Assembly: GCA_016190755.1 (NCBI GenBank) | Contig: JACPPY010000072.1 | Coordinates: 37,458 to 101,457, forward strand | Reading direction: 5' to 3' | Source: Chloroflexota bacterium | GTDB taxonomy: Bacteria > Chloroflexota > Dehalococcoidia > JACPPY01 | Length of the DNA: 64,000 nucleotides | Part shown: piece after piece, positions 9,083-17,165 of the stretch | How positions within the stretch are numbered: position 1 is the first letter of the stretch | How the letters are laid out: each line of letters begins with the position of its first letter | Position numbers and translations under genes: made by a program | The notes under the pieces: model-generated | Seen by the model: the letters and a program-made list of their open reading frames with translations, nothing else | Database searches by the model: none | What the model was told of the DNA's origin: nothing

Positions 9083-10927
9083 ATGATCGATTCCAAGCTG
9101 AACGGAGGGTACACGGGGCGGGTGCTTTGGGTAAATCTGACGAAAGGTCAGACTGCTGCAGAGGCCCTGGACGCGGATGTTGCCCGGAAGTTCATCGGTG
9201 GGGCAGGGCTGGCATCCAGGATCATATGGGACAAGACGGATAAGGACACTGAGGCCCTTTCACCGGAGAACCTACTGATTTTCGCCGTCGGCCCTCTCAC
9301 CGGGACCAGCGTTCCGATGAACAGCCATTACACAGTTGCCGCTATCTCTCCCCTGACAGGGATCTGGGGTGAGGGACACTCGGGCGGCACATGGGCCTAT
9401 CAGCTCAAGCATGCCGGCTTCGATGCCGTAGTTTTTAGCGGCAAGGCGTCGAAGCCGGTCTATCTGTTCATAAATAACGGCAAGACCGAGATAAGGGATG
9501 CGGGCCGTGTCTGGGGCAAGGGCGTTTTCGATACCAGCGATATGCTCCAGGCCGAAACCGACCCGAAGGCCAGCGTGGCCTGTATCGGCCCGGCTGGAGA
9601 AAAGCTGGCACGTATTGCCTGCATCATTAACGAGGGCAGGATAGGCCGCGCCGCTGCCCGTTGCGGGCTGGGCGCTGTCATGGGCTCGAAGAACCTGAAG
9701 GCTGTGGTCGTGCGCGGGACAGACCCCCTCAAAGTTTATGACCGGGAAGGTTTGCACGACAGCGCGGCAAGGTTCAACCAGCGCTCGGCGGAGCAGCTCA
9801 AGGATTGGAAGTCCACTGCCAGGAGGCGGAGCTCCCTTGCAGCTTCGTGGCAGAAGGGCAGGCTGAATTTCCAGAACTACCTGGGCAATGACCTGCCGGG
9901 TTTTAAGGACAGTTTCATCGAGACCCTGCAGCAGGGCGAAGAGTACTATTGCACCACCTGTCCCAGAAGCCATGCCGAATGCAGGTTGGTAAACGGGCGC
10001 CGCCGTGTTCTCTGGGAAGCCATGGGACCTCTGGGTGCGCAGTGCTGCATAGCCGATGTCAAGGCACTTCAGGAAGCCCAGGACCTTTGCCAGGACTACG
10101 GAGTCGATACGATATCCGCGGGTGGCGTCATGTCTTTCGCTATCGAGGTGTTTGAGAAAGGCCTGATAACCCGGGCGGACACGGATGGCGTCGTCCTCGG
10201 ATGGGGCAATGCCCCGGGGATGCTCCAGATGCTGAAGAAAACGCTTTGCCGGGAGGGTTTCGGCTCGGTGCTGGCGGAGGGTGTGCGCAGGGCTGCTGAG
10301 CAGATTGCCCCCGTCGCAATGGAATATGCCGTGCATGTCAAAGGCATGGAGCTCGCTGCCCATAATCCGAGGGGCAGCAACGCCATCGCCCTGGAAAACG
10401 CCACCGCCAACCGCGGAGCGGACCATCTTTCCGCCAACGCATGCATGGACACGGTTGACTATCCCGAATTGGGTATTTCAGCGAAGGAACACCTCATCGG
10501 GAGTCGGTTCAAGGTGGAAGGCCAGGGGCAGATGGTGGCCCGGCTCCAGGACTTTTCGTGCCTCATCGATTCGGTGGTCATCTGCAAACTCATCATCCAG
10601 CCGGGACCGATGGGGCTGCAGCCCGGCGACCTGGTTGAATGGATGAACCTGGCGACGGGCTGGGATATGGACCTCAAAGAGCTGATGACCGCTGGCGAAA
10701 GGATATTCAACCAGCAGCGCCTGATCAACACGAGGAAAGGCATCAGCCGCAAGGACGATTTCCTGCATCCCAGGCTACTCACGCATAAGCTGGGCGGCAC
10801 TATTGACTGCGCACAGCACCTGCCCCCGATAGGTGAACTGTTGAACCAGTATTACGCCAACCGCGGTTGGAGTGAAGAGGGCCTGCCTACTAATGACAAA
10901 CTGGCAAGCCTTGGCCTCAGAGCCTAG
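9083..10927 (+). CDS. aor: Aldehyde:ferredoxin oxidoreductase family protein (tungsten/molybdopterin)
   Basis: 614 aa. AOR N-terminal domain signature (GGYTGRVLWVNLTKG...FIGGAGLASRIIWD...FAVGPLTGT). Length and C-terminal domains fit AOR-family enzymes. Good RBS. Confidence 0.9.
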   Translation: MIDSKLNGGYTGRVLWVNLTKGQTAAEALDADVARKFIGGAGLASRIIWDKTDKDTEALSPENLLIFAVGPLTGTSVPMNSHYTVAAISPLTGIWGEGHSGGTWAYQLKHAGFDAVVFSGKASKPVYLFINNGKTEIRDAGRVWGKGVFDTSDMLQAETDPKASVACIGPAGEKLARIACIINEGRIGRAAARCGLGAVMGSKNLKAVVVRGTDPLKVYDREGLHDSAARFNQRSAEQLKDWKSTARRRSSLAASWQKGRLNFQNYLGNDLPGFKDSFIETLQQGEEYYCTTCPRSHAECRLVNGRRRVLWEAMGPLGAQCCIADVKALQEAQDLCQDYGVDTISAGGVMSFAIEVFEKGLITRADTDGVVLGWGNAPGMLQMLKKTLCREGFGSVLAEGVRRAAEQIAPVAMEYAVHVKGMELAAHNPRGSNAIALENATANRGADHLSANACMDTVDYPELGISAKEHLIGSRFKVEGQGQMVARLQDFSCLIDSVVICKLIIQPGPMGLQPGDLVEWMNLATGWDMDLKELMTAGERIFNQQRLINTRKGISRKDDFLHPRLLTHKLGGTIDCAQHLPPIGELLNQYYANRGWSEEGLPTNDKLASLGLRA

Positions 10928-11002
10928 AGGCGGGATTTGGGGCAGTCGGAATCTGCCGTCGGGCCTTCGAACTAGCGCAAAAAAGCGATCATTTCGTCGG
11001 GG

Positions 11003-12991
11003 GTGAAGTCATTGAATGGTCCTGGAACATTCAATAAGTACCCTGCCCTCTTCTCGCCTATCAAAATCGGTGGTCTGGAGCTCAAAAACCGCATCGTGAT
11101 GCCCCCGATAACCACTAACTTTCCAGACAAGGGCTTTGTCACCGACCGCCTCATAAGCTACTATGCCCGCCGGGCAGAGGGCGGAGCCGGGCTCATTATC
11201 ATCGAGGACGCCATCATCGACCCGCCTCGCGGCTGCTATCACTATGAGGACATTCATATCGACAACGATGTCTATTTGCCCGGACTCAGAGCTCTGGCCA
11301 GCGCCGTGAAATCCGCTGGGGCCAGTGTGGCGGCGAACCTCAGCCACGGTGGGAGAAAATCGGGTGTGGTGGAAGACGGACAGCTCATACGCAGCCACGG
11401 GACCATTCCAGTGGCTCCCTCCGCAATCGCGGACCCTTTTCCCGGTTACATCGTCCCATCAGAGTTGACCATTGATGAGATAGAAGAGTTGGAGGAGAAG
11501 TTCGTCTCGGCTGCGGCGAGGGCATGCGAGGCAGGCTTCGACGTTATCTCCCTTCACGCCGCCCATATGTACCTCATCGATCAGTTCCTTTCGCCAATAT
11601 CGAATCACAGGGACGACCTCTACGGCGGAGACCTGGATGGCAGGATGCGGTTCCTTCTCGAAATCATAGCTAAGGTACGCGCCAGGGCAGGAAGCGTGCC
11701 CCTCATGGTGCGTATTGACGGGCAGCAGTATATGCCCGGGGGCATAACGGTCGAAGAGGCCTCGGAGATCGCGCGAAGGTTGGAAGCGGCTGGAGTGGAC
11801 TGCCTTAGCGTTTCCATCGACCCTACCGGCCTCGGCTTCCTGCCCCTCGACCCGAGTGTCCCGCAGGCGGCCTCAAGCTGGCGGGGACCATGGGCCGCCA
11901 TGGTACATCTTGCCGAGGCAGTGAAGCGGGCAGTATCTATCCCCATGATGACGGCCAATCGTATCGTTACGCCCGCGCTGGCCGAGGAGATACTCGTCCA
12001 CGGCAAGGCCGACCTCATAGGCATCGGCAGGGGGCTTATCGCCGATCCGGACTGGCCCGCGAAAGCGCTTGAGGGGAGGGAGACCTCTATCCGGCACTGC
12101 ATAGGTTGCCTGCGCTGCCTGGATGTGACCAGGGACAGGGAAGCGTTAAGGTGCACCGTTAACCCGGCAGCCGGACGGGAGAATGATTCCCAGATAAATC
12201 CCTCCAGCCGTCGGCGGAAGGTCTTCGTCGCCGGCGCCGGGCCCGCAGGAATGGAGGCAGCGCGGGTAGCAGCCTCACGCGGACATGAAGTCCGCCTTTT
12301 TGAGAAAGACACTCTCGGCGGTCAGCTAAAACTGGCCAGCATCCCGCCCGGGAAAAAAGACCTGGGCCTGCTGCTGGACTATGAGATGGGGCAGCTTGCC
12401 TGCCTCGGTGTAAACATAGAGATGCATGAGCTAACGGCTGAAACCATAGTACAGGGAAGGCCGGATGCGGTGGTGGTGGCGGTCGGGTCGCTGTCCGGCA
12501 GGTTAATGGTCCCGGGTTCGGAATCCGGGAACGTATTTGATATCAGGCAGGTGCTGAAAGGAGAAGTTGAGCCAGGTAAGAGGGTGGTGATCATCGGCGG
12601 AGACCAGGCAGGGGCGGAAACCGCCGAATACCTCGCGCAAAAAGGCAGGATAGTGACTATCGTCCATGAAGGTAGACAGATTGCTGGCGACATGTCCGGT
12701 GTCTGCCGGTTAGAGCTACTGGAGCGCCTGAGGCGCCTGGGGGTCAGGACGATGGTCAAGACCAAGGTCAATATGGTATCTCCGGAAGGGGTCATCGTCG
12801 AAACGAGAGGAGAAAGGCGAACGCTCTCGGCGGATACGGTGGTGACAGCTCTGCCACCCGAGCCTGAAGGAGCCCTTGCCGGACAGCTCCGGGGAATGAA
12901 CGTCAAAGTCCATGTTATCGGCGATTGCTCGAAGATAGCCGGGCTGGCCGGCGCCATCGAGGACGGATTCAGGGCAGGCTTGAAGGTCTAG
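11003..12991 (+). CDS. OYE-like FMN / 4Fe-4S / FAD-NAD(P) oxidoreductase (2,4-dienoyl-CoA reductase / enoate reductase family)
   Basis: 662 aa. OYE TIM-barrel motifs (LKNRIVMPPITTNF, HAAHMYLIDQFLSP). Cys cluster HCIGCLRC-x11-C. Two dinucleotide-binding motifs (GAGPAGMEAA, GGDQAGAETAE). GTG start at 11003; TTG 11012 is an alternative. Confidence 0.85.
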   Translation: MKSLNGPGTFNKYPALFSPIKIGGLELKNRIVMPPITTNFPDKGFVTDRLISYYARRAEGGAGLIIIEDAIIDPPRGCYHYEDIHIDNDVYLPGLRALASAVKSAGASVAANLSHGGRKSGVVEDGQLIRSHGTIPVAPSAIADPFPGYIVPSELTIDEIEELEEKFVSAAARACEAGFDVISLHAAHMYLIDQFLSPISNHRDDLYGGDLDGRMRFLLEIIAKVRARAGSVPLMVRIDGQQYMPGGITVEEASEIARRLEAAGVDCLSVSIDPTGLGFLPLDPSVPQAASSWRGPWAAMVHLAEAVKRAVSIPMMTANRIVTPALAEEILVHGKADLIGIGRGLIADPDWPAKALEGRETSIRHCIGCLRCLDVTRDREALRCTVNPAAGRENDSQINPSSRRRKVFVAGAGPAGMEAARVAASRGHEVRLFEKDTLGGQLKLASIPPGKKDLGLLLDYEMGQLACLGVNIEMHELTAETIVQGRPDAVVVAVGSLSGRLMVPGSESGNVFDIRQVLKGEVEPGKRVVIIGGDQAGAETAEYLAQKGRIVTIVHEGRQIAGDMSGVCRLELLERLRRLGVRTMVKTKVNMVSPEGVIVETRGERRTLSADTVVTALPPEPEGALAGQLRGMNVKVHVIGDCSKIAGLAGAIEDGFRAGLKV

Positions 12992-12998
12992 TTTAAAG

Positions 12999-14390
12999 GT
13001 GAAGGCAATGAGTGTACTGGACGATATCATAAGCAATATACTCGAAACCCCGTTTGAGAAATTCGCCACTGCGACTGTCGAAAACGCCAAAAAGCGCATC
13101 ATAGATGTTGTCGGCTGTTCCGTTGCAGGGGCAAAGGTGGAGGCCTTTCCCGTAATCCTTGACCTCGTCAGGGACTGGGGTGGGAGGGCGGAAAGCGTGC
13201 TGCTGGCCTGCCCGGGAGTGCGTGTCCCGGCCCAAAACGCGGCCTTCGCCAACAGCATTCTGGCCAGCGCATTCGACTACGATCCTCTCCATCCGCTGGT
13301 CGAGAACAGAGTCTATGTCGGGCATATCAGCGGGACAACAATACCCGCAGCCCTGGCAGTCGCCGAGCAGCAGGCGTTGAGTGGCGAAGAACTGCTGGTG
13401 GCGCTGATAGTCGGGGAAGACCTCGTCGCGAGGACCATAGATGCCCTGGACTACAAGTCTTCCCGGGGAGCGACCACGGGATGGAGCGCTGAGAACAGCA
13501 TAGCTATTCTCGGGACGGCCGCCAGCGCGGGGAGGATGTACTCTCTCAATGCGGCCCAGATGCGGAACGCTCTGGGCATCGCGGTAAACCAGGCCGGGGG
13601 GAGCGTGCAGACCCTGCACGAAAAGTCGCACTGTTACAAGCTGAACCAGGGTTTCGGGGCGAAAAACGGTATTGTGTCAGCACAGTTGGGACGGCAGGGA
13701 TTCGCGGGCCTCGAAGACCCCCTCTTCGGTGCGTATAGCTATTTTGCTTTGTTTTCAAGGGAGTACCGTGCAGAGTCGTTGACCAGGGACCTTGGCAAGA
13801 AGTTCTATGCCGATTCTGTTATTAAGCGTTACCCTTCATGCCTGGGAAACAGCGCCGCCATAAGCTGTGCTCTGGAGTTGGTGCAAAAACACGCCTTCGA
13901 GCCAGCCGACATCGATAGTGCGACCGTGAGGGTATTCGTGAAATCAGGTCATGATGTGCTCTTCAAGCCCTTTGAGGTGGGCGATGACCCCCACATGGAC
14001 GCCAACTGGAACATGGCCTATAACATCGCCAACGTGTTGCTCCGAAAGTGCGTCAAAATCGAGCATGTGACGCCCGATTTCGTCCGCGATCCTCAGGCCC
14101 TGGACCTGGCCGGAAGGGTGGAGGCTGTAAAGGTATCCTCCCCCGAATACCCGAAGGTCGAACTGATCGTCAGGCTCAGGAACGGGCAGGAGTTGGTTAA
14201 CCGCTCCGATGAAAGTGATGAAGACCTACCGTTCCGCCCTCTGAGCATGGAGGCCGTCAAGGAGAAATGTCGCAGCAACATCGCCTTCGGGAGAGGAAAG
14301 GTAAGCCCAGGGGTTGAGCAGGCCTTGCGCATGCTCGAAAACCTGGAGGATGTGCGGGATATCCGCGTGGTTACGGGTCTATTGGGCTGA
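12999..14390 (+). CDS. MmgE/PrpD family protein (2-methylcitrate dehydratase-like)
   Basis: 463 aa. The N-terminal helical domain pattern (FEKFATATVENAKKRIIDVVGCSVAG) and the length are typical of MmgE/PrpD. Starts 8 nt after the upstream gene. Confidence 0.8.
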   Translation: MKAMSVLDDIISNILETPFEKFATATVENAKKRIIDVVGCSVAGAKVEAFPVILDLVRDWGGRAESVLLACPGVRVPAQNAAFANSILASAFDYDPLHPLVENRVYVGHISGTTIPAALAVAEQQALSGEELLVALIVGEDLVARTIDALDYKSSRGATTGWSAENSIAILGTAASAGRMYSLNAAQMRNALGIAVNQAGGSVQTLHEKSHCYKLNQGFGAKNGIVSAQLGRQGFAGLEDPLFGAYSYFALFSREYRAESLTRDLGKKFYADSVIKRYPSCLGNSAAISCALELVQKHAFEPADIDSATVRVFVKSGHDVLFKPFEVGDDPHMDANWNMAYNIANVLLRKCVKIEHVTPDFVRDPQALDLAGRVEAVKVSSPEYPKVELIVRLRNGQELVNRSDESDEDLPFRPLSMEAVKEKCRSNIAFGRGKVSPGVEQALRMLENLEDVRDIRVVTGLLG

Positions 14391-14400
14391 AGCCCTGACT

Positions 14401-15795
14401 CTAGCCCACGCCGAGATTTTTCTTGTAGTCCGGGTCATATTCGTTGATTATGCCCAGCTCTATTTGCTTGGCGGGGGGCACGACGCCCCAGCCGGATGAA
14501 GCCATACGGTCGGCCTCGGTAGGCTTTGTGCCGATAACCCCTTCCTTAGCAAGCTTTTCGACCTCATCTTCCGAAAGGCCCAGAAGATTGACCAGGATAT
14601 CACGGTTATCCTGACCAAGGCGCGGGGCGGCACTTAGCTCTTGGGGTTCGGCTCCAGGCGTCTTCCAGGCCGCTCCGGGATAGATTCGGGTTCCCATGTC
14701 CTCGTTTCCGGCCGCCTGAGGATGCCGGACCTTGTGGAAGTAGCCTCGTTGGTTCAGGTGCGTATCAAGATGTAGGTCCCGTGAATTGAGAACGGCGGCT
14801 GCGGGCACGCCGGCTTTTTGCAGGAGCTCCATTACCTCGCGGTTCTCATGTTCCATGGTCCAGCCCTCGATATGGGCGTCAAGCTCGTCCTGGTTATGCC
14901 ATCGCGATGGCCCGGATGAGAATTTCTCGTCTTTGGTCCAGGCAGGGCTGCCAAGCGCCCGGGACAGGGCATCCCACTCTTTGTCTGAGGTTACTGCGAT
15001 AGTCACCCATCTGTCATTACCCTTGCATCGGTAGCACCCGTGTGGCGCCATGAACTGGTGGCGGTTTCCCATGCGCATGGGCTCTTTGCCGTTGACCGAG
15101 TGCTCCACGATCGCTTCCCCCAGATGCATGGCGGCCGCTTCCATCTCCGAGATATCTATCCACTGCCCTTTGCCGGTGTGGTGGCGATACTCCAGGGCCA
15201 TGAGGATGCTCAGGGTAACGTACTCGGCCCCAATCCAGTCCGACACCGGGGCTATCATTTTCACCGGCGGCCCACCCCTGTACCCGGTAACATGCGCGAG
15301 GCCGGTCATCGCATCCACCGCCAGGCCCCAGGCTGCCCAGTCGGCCCATGGGCCGCTGTCGCCGTAGCCGCTGGCGGAGACCATGATGATATCAGGTTTG
15401 ATTTTTGCCAGGGACTCCCAGTCCAGCCCCAGATTCCGCTTGACCCGCGGAGACCAGTTCTCCGCGACAACATCGCTTTTTTTGACCAGCTCCTTGAAAA
15501 TCTCAATACCCCGGGGTTTGGAAAGATCCAGCGCGAGGGACTTCTTATTGGTATTGATGGAATTGAATCGCGCTGACTTGTTCCAGAACTCGCCGGACAT
15601 CTTATTATCGGCATAGCTGCCGAAACGGGTTACGTCCGGCCGGCCGGCTGACTCGATACGGATGACCTCCGCACCGAAGAGCGCCAGGTTGCGGGTGGCA
15701 ACGGGCACGGCCACCGCGACGCCCAGGTCCAGAATCCTGATTCCCTTGAGCGCGGGTTTTTTCAATTCAGTACCCCCAGCTCCCTTGATACTCAT
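14401..15795 (-). CDS. Family III CoA-transferase (CaiB/BaiF/Frc type), paralog 2
   Basis: 464 aa. N-terminal signature LKGIRILDLGVAVAVPVATRNLALFGAEVIRIES. Convergent with the PrpD-like gene; only 10 bp separate the stops. Confidence 0.85.
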   Translation of the reverse strand: MSIKGAGGTELKKPALKGIRILDLGVAVAVPVATRNLALFGAEVIRIESAGRPDVTRFGSYADNKMSGEFWNKSARFNSINTNKKSLALDLSKPRGIEIFKELVKKSDVVAENWSPRVKRNLGLDWESLAKIKPDIIMVSASGYGDSGPWADWAAWGLAVDAMTGLAHVTGYRGGPPVKMIAPVSDWIGAEYVTLSILMALEYRHHTGKGQWIDISEMEAAAMHLGEAIVEHSVNGKEPMRMGNRHQFMAPHGCYRCKGNDRWVTIAVTSDKEWDALSRALGSPAWTKDEKFSSGPSRWHNQDELDAHIEGWTMEHENREVMELLQKAGVPAAAVLNSRDLHLDTHLNQRGYFHKVRHPQAAGNEDMGTRIYPGAAWKTPGAEPQELSAAPRLGQDNRDILVNLLGLSEDEVEKLAKEGVIGTKPTEADRMASSGWGVVPPAKQIELGIINEYDPDYKKNLGVG

Positions 15796-15817
15796 TCACC
15801 AATCCAAGACAGCCTGG

Positions 15818-17026
15818 CTAAATAGCCCCCAGGTTGCGCAGCCGAACGATGTCCTCGCCGGAGAATCCGAGAAGCCCGGAATAGACCACAGCGTTATGCT
15901 GCCCCAGCAGCGGCGCCGGGGACTCGATCCGGGCGGGTGATGCCGCCATTTTGAAAGGCGCTCTAGGCATGGTGATCTTCCCGGCGTGCGGGTGCGTCAG
16001 AGTAGCAAAGTATTCCCGTGCCAGCAACTGCTCGCAGGTGCTCAGGTCTTGTATCGTCTGCACCATACCGAAAGGGAACCGCCAGGCCTGCGCTGTGGAG
16101 ACCAGTTCCCGTGTTTTCCACTTGGCGAACTCACGGTTGAGAATATCGAGAAGCTCCTGCGCGTTTACATCCCGCCCGGTTGGGTTGTCGAACTTGGGCA
16201 CATCGAGCTCGGGGCAGTTCATCATCGTTGAGAAGGACTTCCAGTCGGTGTACCCGTAGAACACCGGAGCCAGATAACCATCGGCGGTCTTCATGAGGAC
16301 TTCGTAGAGCCGGGGGCTCTTCGGGAGCCGCCTCATCACTGCGCCGGCATACGGGTAAAGCGCAGCCAGGAAATTAGTTATAGGCATCATGCTTTCCATG
16401 ATCGAGACATCGACAAACTGGCCCGAATTATCCTCATGGTTGGCATATACTGCGGCGACGGTCGCCGAAGCGGCATACCCGCCGGCGAAATACTGCCCCT
16501 GAAGCAGGCCGTGCTTCAAAGGGGAGCCTTCGTAGGTACCCAGCATGTACATGATGCCGCTTAATGCGTACTCTATGAGCTCGGTGGCGCGGTAATCACG
16601 ATACGGTCCCGTGGCGCCGAAATTGGAGATGGAGACCATGATGAGTCGCGGATTGAGCTTTTTCAGGTACTCATAGCCCAGGCCGAGCTTCTGGAGGTAG
16701 CCCGGCCTGAAGCTTTCGACGAGAACATCCGCCCAACCGACCAGCCGCTTCAGTATCTCTTTGCTATCGCTGCTCTTCAGGTCAAGCGTGACGCTTTTCT
16801 TGTCCGTGTTCAAATACAGGAAGAGCGCGCTGGCTTCGGGATCGGGCTGTCCGTTAACAGGTGCGCCTATCAGCCGTGCGCCGTCACCGGTGCCCGGTTT
16901 CTCGACCTTGATAACGTCTGCGCCGTATGTGGCGAGGAGCTTCGTGCAGTAGGGCCCAGCAACGTAATGCGTGAGATCCAGGACCTTCAGCCCGGATAGG
17001 GCGCCTTTTTCAGAGATCAACAACAC
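15818..17026 (-). CDS. Family III CoA-transferase (CaiB/BaiF/Frc type), paralog 1
   Basis: 402 aa. N-terminal signature LSGLKVLDLTHYVAGPYCTKLLATYGADVIKVEKPGTGD. GTG start. Lies 22 bp upstream of the second transferase. Confidence 0.85.
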   Translation of the reverse strand: MLLISEKGALSGLKVLDLTHYVAGPYCTKLLATYGADVIKVEKPGTGDGARLIGAPVNGQPDPEASALFLYLNTDKKSVTLDLKSSDSKEILKRLVGWADVLVESFRPGYLQKLGLGYEYLKKLNPRLIMVSISNFGATGPYRDYRATELIEYALSGIMYMLGTYEGSPLKHGLLQGQYFAGGYAASATVAAVYANHEDNSGQFVDVSIMESMMPITNFLAALYPYAGAVMRRLPKSPRLYEVLMKTADGYLAPVFYGYTDWKSFSTMMNCPELDVPKFDNPTGRDVNAQELLDILNREFAKWKTRELVSTAQAWRFPFGMVQTIQDLSTCEQLLAREYFATLTHPHAGKITMPRAPFKMAASPARIESPAPLLGQHNAVVYSGLLGFSGEDIVRLRNLGAI

Positions 17027-17165
17027 CCCTTTCGGAGGCCAATATTCGTAGATCCCATATGGGGTTGGTAGCCGGCGTCATACTCGCACAGCCTCAATGG
17101 AGGCTGATCCCAATACCTTCAGCAGCGACGTAGTTTAACACAATGGCCTTGGCCGGTCTTGTTTC

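Noticed and set aside
12514-12526. GGGTTCGGAATCC, a tRNA T-arm-like sequence.
   Set aside because: It is embedded in the OYE/FAD reductase coding region. No acceptor or anticodon stems can be built around it. I found no tRNA in any intergenic region.
17027-17165. The gap between the GRE and the first CoA-transferase as a hiding place for BSS-like small subunits or a leader peptide.
   Set aside because: The longest ORF is 23 codons (MTPATNPIWDLRILASERGVVDL) with no Cys-rich FeS motif. The gap contains only a 7-bp hairpin (17086-17103).
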